Positions 1 through 8,731 of a DNA stretch of 64,000 bases are shown here, piece by piece. Source of the stretch: Candidatus Cloacimonadales bacterium (GTDB lineage Bacteria; Cloacimonadota; Cloacimonadia; Cloacimonadales; JAFGVF01); contig OY782499.1 in NCBI GenBank assembly GCA_963677815.1, forward strand, positions 613,252 through 677,251, written 5' to 3'. How positions within the stretch are numbered: the stretch's first letter is position 1; every line of letters starts with the position of its first letter. The notes under the pieces are model-generated. The model searched no databases. It was not told the DNA's origin and saw only the letters and a list, made by a program, of their open reading frames with translations. The position numbers were made by a program, and so were the translations under genes.

Positions 1-1
1 A

Positions 2-193
2 ACACTTCCAGCTGCTATCTCAAGATTATTCAATAGATCTATAGGTAGTATGATGGTCTGGGCATCTATTTTAGGATTAATCTTTACCCTACTTGGACTT
101 TGGTTGTCCTATTTATTAAACCTTCCTACTGGATCTGTTATAATTGTTCTAGCTGGCCTGACATATATTACTGGAGCTCTTTTGAAGAACTAA
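2..193 (+). CDS. C-terminal fragment of an ABC-3 family (ZnuB/MntB/TroD-like) metal-transport permease; 5' end lies off-window
   Basis: Frame 2 is open from the window edge to TAA 191-193. The translation ...SIGSMMVWASILGLIFTLLGLWLSYLLNLPTGSVIIVLAGLTYITGALLKN is a hydrophobic TM tail like the C-terminus of ABC-3 permeases. It is absent from the ORF track because no start codon lies in the window. Confidence 0.45.
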   Translation, partial: TLPAAISRLFNRSIGSMMVWASILGLIFTLLGLWLSYLLNLPTGSVIIVLAGLTYITGALLKN

Positions 194-210
194 TTTCTTC
201 CTCTTTGTAG

Positions 211-247
211 TAACACCCCCTATTTTCCCCCTCACTAAGGGGGATTC
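211..247 (-). repeat. Family F hairpin repeat, solo copy (minus orientation)
   Basis: The sequence taacaccccctattttccccctcactaagggggattc closely matches the right inverted repeat of DUF559 copy 2 (63761-63797). It contains the stem ccccc/ggggg. Confidence 0.85.
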
Positions 248-253
248 TTTAAA

Positions 254-414
254 CCCAGATAGTGTAGTAGAGCTTTAATGAAGAGTGCAGATTATTCTAG
301 CAAAATAGCTTACATAATTTTGACGCATATAATTAATATATTCGGAGAAATTATGAAAGTTACTTTTGCAGAATAATATAGTGCTATTCACAAAGGTCTA
401 CTGCATTATTTGGG
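254..414. mobile_element. Family B foldback MITE-like element (161 bp), copy B1
   Basis: The ends cccagatagtgtagtagagc ... ggtctactgcattatttggg are imperfect terminal inverted repeats. It is near-identical to 24106-24266. The flanks are TTAAA/TTAAG. Confidence 0.8.
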
Positions 415-422
415 TTAAGACT

Positions 423-488
423 CTTCCTTGATTGTTACTCTCTCAATATATTTCCAATGATCTATTGAGAGAGTAACAATCAAGGAAG
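423..488. repeat. Family C long palindrome (26-bp perfect stem, 14-nt loop), copy C1
   Basis: The arm cttccttgattgttactctctcaata (423-448) is the exact reverse complement of 463-488. It lies immediately 3' of the comM stop. Related copies are at 16428-16486 and 54652-54717. Confidence 0.9.
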
Positions 489-490
489 AA

Positions 491-2047
491 TTATCCCCAA
501 AAAGACTTCTCTAAAGAGCGGTATTGAATAGATTCTGAGATATGTTGAGCTTTAATATCTTTACTTCCATCTAAGTCTGCAACAGTTCTAGCAACCTTCA
601 ATATTCTATCATAAACCCTGGCAGAATAGCCTCTTTTTTCAATAGTGAGTTTAAGTAACTGATTACTGTCTTCATCAAGACGACAGTAAAGTCTGGTATG
701 TTTAGGATTCATCTGGGCATTACAAAAAATACTTTCTCCTTGGAATCTATCTAGTTGAATCTGTCTAGCCTGATTGACTCTTGCCCTAATATCTTTAGAA
801 TATTCACCATCAGGTATTCCTCCTAAATCTTTATAAGGAACAGCCGGCACTTCGATATGTAGATCTATTCTATCGAGAAGAGGTCCAGAAACTCTACTTC
901 TATAACGCTGAATCATATTAGGAGTACAAGTGCAATCATGACCCGGAATATTGCAATTAAAATAACCACAAGGGCAAGGATTCATGGAGGTTACTAAAAT
1001 AAATTTAGCTGGAAAATTAAGGCTTTGAGAAGCTCTTGAAACTGTAACAATACCATCTTCTAAGGGCTGCCTTAAAACCTCTAAAACAGACTTCTTAAAC
1101 TCTGGTAATTCATCTAAAAATAAGACCCCATTGTGAGAGAGTGATACTTCTCCAGGCTTTGGGTATGTACCTCCCCCAATAAGTGCAACATCACTAGTTG
1201 TATGATGGGGAGACCTATAAGGTCTATTTACAACAATACCATTCTTTTTATTAGTTGGAACTCCAGCAACTGAGTGGATTTTAGTAGTTTCCAAAGCTTC
1301 ATCAAGGGATAAATCAGGTAATATAGTAGCAAACCTTTTAGCAAGCATTGTTTTACCAGAGCCAGGAGGTCCTACCATCAAGATATTATGTCCACCAGCA
1401 GCTGAAACTTCTAGAGCACGTTTAACATGATACTGTCCTTTAACATCATGCATATCAATTTCTGATTCATTCAGGGATGAGAAAATTTTATCTAAATCTA
1501 AGACAAAAGGATTAATTTCAACCTTCCCTTCCAGAAATAAGATTGCTTCATTTAAAGAGTGCACAGGGACAACATCTATATCTTGGACAATAGCTGCTTC
1601 ACTAGCATTTTCAAAGGGTAATATAAGGCCTTTTAGTTTATCTTTTTTAGCCTCTAAAGCAATGGGAAGAGTTCCTTTAATAGCCTTTACAGTACCATCT
1701 AGAGATAGCTCTCCTAAGATTGCATAATCTAAGGGGTCTGCCACCTTGATTGCCTTATAAGATATTAACAAAGCTATAGCAATTGATAGGTCTAGAGCAG
1801 AACCATCTTTCTTCAAGTCTGCTGGAGCTAAATTAATAATTTTAGTACCTGGTTTGTTCATATATCCTGAGTTTGCTATTGCAGAAGAAACCCTTTCCTT
1901 ACTCTCTTTCACAGAATTTGAAGGCATACCAACCATAATAGTATTTCCAGAAATTTTTCCGTAGTGATCAACTTCTACTTCAATTTTATGGGCATCAATC
2001 CCAACAGTAGTATAAGAGATAGTTTTACCTAACATATAAACCTCCAT
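491..2047 (-). CDS. comM: YifB/ComM family Mg-chelatase-like AAA+ ATPase
   Basis: 518 aa. Has an N-terminal Lon-protease-like S5 fold, a Walker A motif (GPPGSGKTMLAKR), VLFLDELPEF and a C-terminal Mg-chelatase C domain. The true start may be the internal MLGKT. Confidence 0.9.
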   Translation of the reverse strand: MEVYMLGKTISYTTVGIDAHKIEVEVDHYGKISGNTIMVGMPSNSVKESKERVSSAIANSGYMNKPGTKIINLAPADLKKDGSALDLSIAIALLISYKAIKVADPLDYAILGELSLDGTVKAIKGTLPIALEAKKDKLKGLILPFENASEAAIVQDIDVVPVHSLNEAILFLEGKVEINPFVLDLDKIFSSLNESEIDMHDVKGQYHVKRALEVSAAGGHNILMVGPPGSGKTMLAKRFATILPDLSLDEALETTKIHSVAGVPTNKKNGIVVNRPYRSPHHTTSDVALIGGGTYPKPGEVSLSHNGVLFLDELPEFKKSVLEVLRQPLEDGIVTVSRASQSLNFPAKFILVTSMNPCPCGYFNCNIPGHDCTCTPNMIQRYRSRVSGPLLDRIDLHIEVPAVPYKDLGGIPDGEYSKDIRARVNQARQIQLDRFQGESIFCNAQMNPKHTRLYCRLDEDSNQLLKLTIEKRGYSARVYDRILKVARTVADLDGSKDIKAQHISESIQYRSLEKSFWG

Positions 2048-2133
2048 TAAGCTTATAAATCCAATATATCTTTTTCATAATAGGTTGTCAATATAAATAT
2101 TTATTACTACTATTATTTAGTAAAATAGATTAA

Positions 2134-2220
2134 TACTCTCCCCGGTCTACTCGACCACCCCTCTAACTGGGAACTCGGGCATCCTGCCCGAACTTAGTAT
2201 TAAAACACTGTAAGGGGATT
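2134..2220 (+). repeat. Family A hairpin repeat, variant copy with a different apical module
   Basis: It has the conserved ends tactctccccggtctactcgaccacccctct ... aaggggatt. The usual caagcgctccaaggagctg apex is replaced by aactgggaactcgggcatcctgcccgaacttagtattaaaacactgt, which contains its own hairpin. Confidence 0.8.
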
Positions 2221-2230
2221 GATTGATATC

Positions 2231-2690
2231 GGATTGCGGTATTCTAGCCCTTGGTTACGCAGGTGTCATATTTTTTTGAGTATAGAGTGGAAGTATCCTT
2301 ACTTCCACCTGAGACCAGAGATGGTCTCAGTCCATAGGTTTGCGGTATTCTAGCCCTTGGTTACACAGGTGTCATATTTTTTTGAGTATAGAGTGGAAGT
2401 AGCCTTACTTCCACCTGAGACCAGAGATGGTCTCAGTCCATAGGTTTGCGGTATTCTAGCCCTTGGTTACGCAGGTGTCACATTTTTAGAGTATGGAGTG
2501 GAAGTATCCTTACTTCCACCTGAGACCAGAGATGGTCTCAGTCCATAGGTTTGCGGGATTCTAGCACGCGGTTACGCAGGTGTCATATTTTTAGAGTATG
2601 GAGTGGAAGTATCCTTACTTCCACTTGAGACCAGAGATGGTCTCAGTCCATAGGTTTGCGGGATTCTAGCACGCGGTTACGCAGGTGTCA
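2231..2690 (+). repeat. Tandem array of about 4.4 copies of a 105-106 bp structured unit (H motif plus a two-hairpin J module)
   Basis: Unit starts (ggWttgcgg) are at 2231, 2337, 2443, 2548 and 2653. Each unit has ...attctagcccttggttacgcaggtgtca... followed by tatRgagtggaagtatccttacttccac ctgagaccagagatggtctcag tccatagg, which contains two perfect 9-bp stems. Confidence 0.95.
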
Positions 2691-2949
2691 CAGAAAATAT
2701 CCAACCTCCAAGGATCCAATAAGCTTCTTTATTCACTATTATATTTAGTTCACATCCTACTCTACTTTAAAGAGAATCTTAAATAACTGCTTGATAATTA
2801 TATTTTTTTTGATGAAAGAAATAGCTAAATATTAGTTATAATTTGAGTCTTAAAGCAACAGATAATTAGAACTTAGATTTTTTTCTTGCCATAATTGAGA
2901 CCTTTATTAATTTGTCATTCTTGAGATAAAAAAATAAAAAGAGGACTAT

Positions 2950-3510
2950 ATGGCTTCAACTTCTGATATCCGTAATGGAATGATTATAGAATGGAAAAAT
3001 GGAATTTACGAATTCGTTGAATTCCTACATGTTAAACCTGGTAAAGGTGCAGCATTTGTAAGATCTAAGCTTAGAAATGTTAGAACTGGTCAAGTAGTAG
3101 AAAACACCTTCAGAACCAGTGAAACATTCACAGAAATTAGAATTGAAAAAAGTAAAAAAGAATATTTATACAGAGATGGTGAATTCTACGTTCTCATGGA
3201 TTTAGATAACTATGAGATGATGAATGTACATGCTGATGTTATGGAGAAATATGCAAAATTCTTAAAAGAGAATATGCAAATCACTATCAAAACAACACCA
3301 GAGAATGAAATCATTGACTTAGAACTTCCTGTATACGTTATCCAAGAAATCGCAGAGTGCGAACCTAACATAAAAGGTAATACTGCATCAGGTAGTGGTA
3401 AAGTAGCTACAACAGAAACTGGTTTAAGAATCATGGTTCCTTTCTTTGTTGAACAAGGTGAGAAAATCAAGATTGATACAAGAACCGGCGAATATATTGA
3501 AAGAGCTTAA
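2950..3510 (+). CDS. efp: Translation elongation factor P
   Basis: 186 aa. The start (MASTSDIRNGMIIEW...) and the VKPGKGAAFVRSKLRNV loop are classic EF-P features. A purine-rich SD (aaaagagga) lies upstream. Confidence 0.95.
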   Translation: MASTSDIRNGMIIEWKNGIYEFVEFLHVKPGKGAAFVRSKLRNVRTGQVVENTFRTSETFTEIRIEKSKKEYLYRDGEFYVLMDLDNYEMMNVHADVMEKYAKFLKENMQITIKTTPENEIIDLELPVYVIQEIAECEPNIKGNTASGSGKVATTETGLRIMVPFFVEQGEKIKIDTRTGEYIERA

Positions 3511-3545
3511 TAAAACAATAATAAGATATCCTTAGGAGGAATAAA

Positions 3546-3758
3546 ATGGCAAAAGGAAAAGCATTTGCAGCAAAGCTTGCTCACGAACTTTCAACTGAAG
3601 GTAAAGTGATTTGTCCAGTTTGTAACACAGAAATTAAAAAAGTAAAATTAGTAAGATCCAGAAACAGCAAAGGTAACACTTGGGCTCCTAAATATCAATT
3701 CGTTAGCATGTGTAAATGTAATGAAAAAGATATCATGGCTGGAAAAGTTAACGCTTAA
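3546..3758 (+). CDS. Small (70 aa) four-cysteine zinc-ribbon-like protein of unknown function, co-transcribed with efp
   Basis: A strong SD (aggagga) lies 6 nt upstream. Has CPVC...CKC cysteine pairs. It sits 35 nt after efp and is followed by an intrinsic terminator at 3778-3814. Confidence 0.6.
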   Translation: MAKGKAFAAKLAHELSTEGKVICPVCNTEIKKVKLVRSRNSKGNTWAPKYQFVSMCKCNEKDIMAGKVNA

Positions 3759-3777
3759 TTTTGAATTGATTTATATA

Positions 3778-3814
3778 ATCCCTGTGCCCTACAAAAAGTA
3801 CAGGGATTTTTTTT
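3778..3814 (+). terminator. Rho-independent terminator after the efp/zinc-ribbon pair
   Basis: An 8-bp stem (atccctgt/acagggat) is followed by a T8 run. Confidence 0.8.
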
Positions 3815-3834
3815 AAATTCTTGTTTTTAAGGAG

Positions 3835-5127
3835 ATGAAAATGAAAAACATTATACCGGTTGAAGTTACTTCTGAAGTAGGTAAACTTGAGGGTGTAATT
3901 CTCCATAGACCAGGTAGGGAAGTGGAAAACATGACACCTGGTAATGCAGAAAAGGCTTTGTATAGTGATATATTGAACTTAAATGTTGCAGAAAAAGAAT
4001 ATTCTGATTTCTACGATGTTCTTTCAATGATTACTACAACCTACGAAGTTAGAGACTTACTAACAGAAGTACTTGTTAATGAAAAAGTTAAACACAATTT
4101 AATACATAAAATTTGTCATAATGAAAATGAGCCTAGAATCTTCAATTCTCTCATGGCTCTCAGCCCAAAAGAAACTGCTCGTCAGCTGTTTGAAGGAGTA
4201 ATTCTTAAGAAAAACAATTTAACCAACTTCTTAAGTCAAGAAAAGTATATTTTAAGACCCTTGCACAACTTCTTCTTCATGAGAGATGCATCAATGTCTA
4301 TTGGCAATGAAGTTCTTATTGGGAAAATGGCTAATCAGGTGAGAGAAAGAGAATCTATCATTATGGAAACAATCTTTGATTATCATCCTGATTTTAAGAC
4401 TCGAACCTTTAATCCAATAAATTCTAAGAAAGTATCTCCTAGTAAAATTACTATTGAAGGTGGAGATGTTTTAGTAGCTAATGAAAATACTATTCTCATT
4501 GGCATGGGGGGTAGGTCAACCTCTGAAGGTATTGATTATTTAATAGAACATTATAAAAATGCAGGAAAAGACTTCAATATTATAGTCCAAGAATTACCAT
4601 TAGCTCCAGAATCTTTTATTCATCTTGATATGGTATTTACCTTCTTAAGTTACAATCAATGTATGGTTTATGAACCTGTTATTTTAAAGAACAACAGATT
4701 AGAAACCGTATCAATTCATATCAGGAATGGACAAGTAAAAATCGCTTATGAAGACAATCTCATAAAAGCCCTAAAAAATATTGGTCATGAAGTTGAGCCA
4801 CTCTTCTGTGGTGGAAGAACAGATGTATGGACACAAGAAAGAGAACAATGGCATAGTGGAACAAACTTCTTTGCTGTTGGACCTGGCAAAGTGCTTGGTT
4901 ATGGCAGAAATACTCATACAATGGACGAGCTTGCTAAGAATGGTTATGCTATTCTTCCAGCTAGAGATATTGTTTCTAAAAAAACAGATCTAAGCAAGTA
5001 TGAAAAATATTGCATAGCTATTGAGGGTTCAGAGCTGGCTCGTGGTGGTGGTGGTTGTCGCTGTATGACAATGCCATTCAAGAGACAAGCTGTTAATTTA
5101 GAAACTTCTAGCAAAGAAACTAAATAA
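3835..5127 (+). CDS. arcA: Arginine deiminase
   Basis: 430 aa. Has N-terminal SEVGKLEGVILHRPGREVENMTP and C-terminal GGGGCRCMTMP carrying the catalytic Cys, the hallmark of the arginine deiminase (guanidino-modifying) family. Confidence 0.85.
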   Translation: MKMKNIIPVEVTSEVGKLEGVILHRPGREVENMTPGNAEKALYSDILNLNVAEKEYSDFYDVLSMITTTYEVRDLLTEVLVNEKVKHNLIHKICHNENEPRIFNSLMALSPKETARQLFEGVILKKNNLTNFLSQEKYILRPLHNFFFMRDASMSIGNEVLIGKMANQVRERESIIMETIFDYHPDFKTRTFNPINSKKVSPSKITIEGGDVLVANENTILIGMGGRSTSEGIDYLIEHYKNAGKDFNIIVQELPLAPESFIHLDMVFTFLSYNQCMVYEPVILKNNRLETVSIHIRNGQVKIAYEDNLIKALKNIGHEVEPLFCGGRTDVWTQEREQWHSGTNFFAVGPGKVLGYGRNTHTMDELAKNGYAILPARDIVSKKTDLSKYEKYCIAIEGSELARGGGGCRCMTMPFKRQAVNLETSSKETK

Positions 5128-5135
5128 AAGAACTT

Positions 5136-7094
5136 ATGGCAAAAATTGAAATAGTAGAATACTTTGAGGGAAATGAATCCCATTTCGCTAAGAAAGTTGA
5201 AGACAAAGATAGTAGAATTATCATAGAAAAAGGATCTAAGCAGAAAGCAAAACTTTCTTCAAGTAGAGTTCTTTTTAATCATATAATCAATTCAGATAAA
5301 GAGCTCTCAGATATTATTGATGACTTAATTAAGTCTATTGATGATAAGAAGACTATCTTTTCTGTAATTGACCTTTGGGAACTTGCCCAAGAAGATATTA
5401 AAGATTATTCCATGGAAGAACTAGCTTCTTTCTTTGTTGATGATCCAGATTCTATTATTCAGTCAGCCCTATTTCATTTAATAAGAGAAGAAAAGAATCA
5501 CTTCAAGCGTAAAGGAATTGTGGTTACTCCTCGTAGCCAAGAACAGATTGAAGAGATTATTATTCAAGAAAATAAGGAGAAAGAAAAACAAGAAGTTTAT
5601 TCTTTCTTTTCAGATAATATTGGGTTAGCAATGAGAAACGACTCACTCGCTAACCCAGAAATCTTTAATCATTTACAAACCTGGCTTAGAGATACTTCCA
5701 ACGAGGTATTAACATCTGTCATAGAAAAATATGCAAATGGACAAGATAGCCGTTACTTTATTTATAACATTTTAAAAGCTAATAAAATTATCCCTGAAGA
5801 TGCTGATAAATTTGCAACTATCTATGGAATAACAAATCAATTTTCAGCTAAATCTCTAGCAGAAGCAGAAGATTTTCAAGTTGAATTAACTGATAGGGAA
5901 GACTTGTCTCACCTAACTTCATATACTATTGATAGTGAAGAAACTAAAGAAATTGATGATGCTATATCTATTGATAAAATTCAAGATAATTATTTAATAG
6001 GTGTTCATATAACTGATTTAGCTTCATACATTAGTAAAGATTCTGCTTTAGATAAGGAAGCTAGTGAAAGGGTATCCACAGTTTATCTGGAAACTGGTGA
6101 AATCCCTATGTTTCCTGCTCAAATATGCCATGATAAACTTTCTTTATTGAAAGGAGAACTACGCCCTACTGTTAGTGCTCTCTTTACTTTTTCACCGACA
6201 TTTGAACTTCTAGAAAAAAGAATTACTCTTGCTAAACTAGCTGTTAAAGAAAAGATATCTTACCAAGAGGTAGATAAGCTAATCAGAAAGTCTAAAGGGA
6301 ATGATGATAATGATTTTATTATTCTTAAAAACTTAACTAATCAGCTTAGAAGTAAAAGGTTCGAAGCAGGGGCTATCGAAATTAATAGACCTGAAATTGA
6401 AATTAGAGTTATTGATAATGAGATAAAACTCACAGCTACAAATCAAAGGTCTGTTTCTAGGAGAATAGTATCAGAAATGATGATTCTCATGAATACAACA
6501 CTAGCAGAATTCGCTGCAAAGAACGATATTCCTTTCATTTATAGAATTCAAGAAATGCCTAATGAAGATTATAAACATTATCTTCAACCAGATTATTATG
6601 ATCCAATAATGAATGATAAGCTGATTAGAATGATTAGACCTTCCAGTTTCTCATCTCTGGCAAGCAAACATTACGGATTAGGACTTGATTACTATTCTCA
6701 AGTTACATCGCCTTTACGCCGTTATTTCGACTTGCTTACCCAAAGACAAATCGTAAGTTATTTACAGAAGAAAGAAGCTACCTATAGCCAGGAAGAACTC
6801 TTGAGTTTCATAAGTAATATTGAAAGCACTAATAAGTTATATTCCCAACTTTATAATTCTTCATTTAATTACTGGTTTTTGAAATATTTAGAAGAGAATT
6901 TGCAATATCAACCTATGCAAGCAGTAGTAGTTTCTGATAATCAAAACTCTTATACCTTCGAATTGTTAGATTTTGGCAAAAGATACAATATCAGAAGTAA
7001 AGAACAGCTTGAAGTTGGTGATATAATTTCACTAATGATTGAAAGAGTACAAGCTGAAAAGGATATAATTAAATTCTCATTGATTAATGACTAA
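5136..7094 (+). CDS. RNB-domain exoribonuclease (RNase II/R family)
   Basis: 652 aa. Motifs EIDDAISI, VYLETGEIPMFP and VTSPLRRYFDLLTQRQI are RNB catalytic-domain signatures. It starts 8 nt after arcA. Confidence 0.8.
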   Translation: MAKIEIVEYFEGNESHFAKKVEDKDSRIIIEKGSKQKAKLSSSRVLFNHIINSDKELSDIIDDLIKSIDDKKTIFSVIDLWELAQEDIKDYSMEELASFFVDDPDSIIQSALFHLIREEKNHFKRKGIVVTPRSQEQIEEIIIQENKEKEKQEVYSFFSDNIGLAMRNDSLANPEIFNHLQTWLRDTSNEVLTSVIEKYANGQDSRYFIYNILKANKIIPEDADKFATIYGITNQFSAKSLAEAEDFQVELTDREDLSHLTSYTIDSEETKEIDDAISIDKIQDNYLIGVHITDLASYISKDSALDKEASERVSTVYLETGEIPMFPAQICHDKLSLLKGELRPTVSALFTFSPTFELLEKRITLAKLAVKEKISYQEVDKLIRKSKGNDDNDFIILKNLTNQLRSKRFEAGAIEINRPEIEIRVIDNEIKLTATNQRSVSRRIVSEMMILMNTTLAEFAAKNDIPFIYRIQEMPNEDYKHYLQPDYYDPIMNDKLIRMIRPSSFSSLASKHYGLGLDYYSQVTSPLRRYFDLLTQRQIVSYLQKKEATYSQEELLSFISNIESTNKLYSQLYNSSFNYWFLKYLEENLQYQPMQAVVVSDNQNSYTFELLDFGKRYNIRSKEQLEVGDIISLMIERVQAEKDIIKFSLIND

Positions 7095-7234
7095 GGATAA
7101 GCTTTTTAATCCAAATAGTTGAGTAGAACTTGGAATAATAATCACCTTGAACAAACTTTACTCAAACTTTTCGTAAATAAAACCGAACCTTTACCGTCTG
7201 GATTCATTATAATAGTAGAAGACAAAGGAGATTT

Positions 7235-8461
7235 ATGAAATCTGAATTAAAAAAGCATTTAGAGAAACGTTGTTTATTAGCAATTCCCCTACTACAAAAC
7301 ATCATTAAGAAATACATTAAAGATTATAATGATCAATGCGATGCACTTCAAGAAATAATGTTAATTGCATGGAGAAAATTGCCAGAAATTAAAAAGCCAT
7401 ATAATATTGAAGGTTGGTTATCAACTATTACCAGAAATTATTGTTTGGGTTGGTTGAAACAGCAAACAAAAAATATTACCCTCCATGATGAATCAATCAT
7501 TGCTAATGATGAACAAGCTGACAATTCTATCACTAGAGATGAATATGAGCTGCTTATAGGTGGAATAAACAAACTTTCATACCTTCTTCGAACAGTAATT
7601 CAGATGAAATATTTCACTCACAATTCAATTAAGGATATTAGCAATTTGCTAAAACTACCAGAAGGTACAGTTAAACGTAGATTGCATGATGCCCGTCTAA
7701 AACTTAAAAAGGAGTTCAGAATGAACAACAAAAAAATAGCACCTGAGGTCACTGTTATTACTAGTAACATAGAGGAGCTTGTTGTAAAAAGGTTAGGATA
7801 TGGATTAAATTTTGGTTGCCCACTTGCAGGTGTAGGGGATGTTGAAATATATGAAGCTTATGAATATCCAGGAAGAATTATGATTAACAAATTTGCTACA
7901 GAAGTTACGCAAATTACTAAAATTATGGGTCAAGAAATTATAGAAGTACATGACAAATCAATAGTTAAAAAAAATAGTAAGGGGACAGAGAAATACTACT
8001 ATTATCAGTTCAATGGCGATACTTTGTCAATGGTCTTTCGAATCTCAAATTTCATCGATAAGCTAAAAGTTGATACTAATCAAGATGAACTCATGGAACC
8101 TGAAGAATGCACAATTAGGACTGGGACTATGAAAAAAGAAAAAGATAATCTTTTCTCAATTAATGATGTAGTTGAACTCCATATTGGAGAGAAAGTTTAC
8201 CAAAATGTTCTTAGACGCAGAGTTAGTTTAGATGATTATCATGGAAGATGTTTTATCGAAAAATTCTATACTGAAAATGGTAGAGAAGTATTGCACAGAA
8301 ATTATATAGGTGAAAATTGGAAGATGGGTGAATATGTAAAATGGGAAAAATGGAAGGATGCTCCAGAAACAACCTTCAATGGAGAAACATTCAGACTTTG
8401 GTTTGAGTTTATTTTAGTAGATAATTATACTAAAGAAAAAAATGATTCAAGTTCAAATTAG
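7235..8461 (+). CDS. ECF-type sigma-70 factor fused to a ~240 aa C-terminal domain of unknown function
   Basis: The N-terminal ~165 aa has a region-2-like segment (LQEIMLIAWRKL...WLSTITRNYCLGWLK) and a region-4 HTH (ISNLLKLPEGTVKRRLHDARLKLKKEF). I do not recognise the remainder. SD aaaggag lies upstream. Confidence 0.75.
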   Translation: MKSELKKHLEKRCLLAIPLLQNIIKKYIKDYNDQCDALQEIMLIAWRKLPEIKKPYNIEGWLSTITRNYCLGWLKQQTKNITLHDESIIANDEQADNSITRDEYELLIGGINKLSYLLRTVIQMKYFTHNSIKDISNLLKLPEGTVKRRLHDARLKLKKEFRMNNKKIAPEVTVITSNIEELVVKRLGYGLNFGCPLAGVGDVEIYEAYEYPGRIMINKFATEVTQITKIMGQEIIEVHDKSIVKKNSKGTEKYYYYQFNGDTLSMVFRISNFIDKLKVDTNQDELMEPEECTIRTGTMKKEKDNLFSINDVVELHIGEKVYQNVLRRRVSLDDYHGRCFIEKFYTENGREVLHRNYIGENWKMGEYVKWEKWKDAPETTFNGETFRLWFEFILVDNYTKEKNDSSSN

Positions 8462-8666
8462 TGGAAGAAAGTGGTTAAATATAAAATCTAAGGCTCTCTC
8501 CAAAGTAGGGTGGGAGCTATATATAATAATGAATCAAGTAACTTACGAATCCTCATAGCACCAGAAGAGCTATATCTTTGTAGATAAGAAAGCAAAAACT
8601 ATCTATAAGCTCCAGAGGAGCGACATCTCTATGGCTTTTTTGTGTTGCTCTCTGGAGCTTGTTTAA

Positions 8667-8712
8667 CCAGAATGGTGCAGTAGAACTTTGAAGCTCTACT
8701 GCACCTTCTAGG
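8667..8712. repeat. Minimal family-B-like foldback (termini only)
   Basis: In ccagaatggtgcagtagaactttgaagctctactgcaccttctagg there is an 11-bp perfect stem, ggtgcagtaga/tctactgcacc. The same terminal sequence occurs in B copies at 16315 and 40949. Confidence 0.75.
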
Positions 8713-8731
8713 TGAAAATCCTATTGACAGT

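Noticed and set aside
3210-3470. Short ORFs lying antisense or out-of-frame within longer genes (for example 3210-3470, 4781-4993, 4944-5183, 9145-9336, 12248-12580, 13256-13615, 17337-17564, 18086-18277, 19395-19577, 20223-20474, 22436-22807, 22573-22761, 24852-25268, 26484-26687, 28113-28358, 31427-31612, 38550-38837, 39995-40279, 43049-43237, 46299-46496, 46974-47162, 47381-47566, 49444-49629, 50719-50928, 51908-52253, 52978-53163, 56350-56547)
   Set aside because: Each is fully embedded in a longer ORF with clear family motifs. Their composition is low-complexity and I/L/F/S-rich, as expected from reading AT-rich coding DNA in a wrong frame, and they have no SD.
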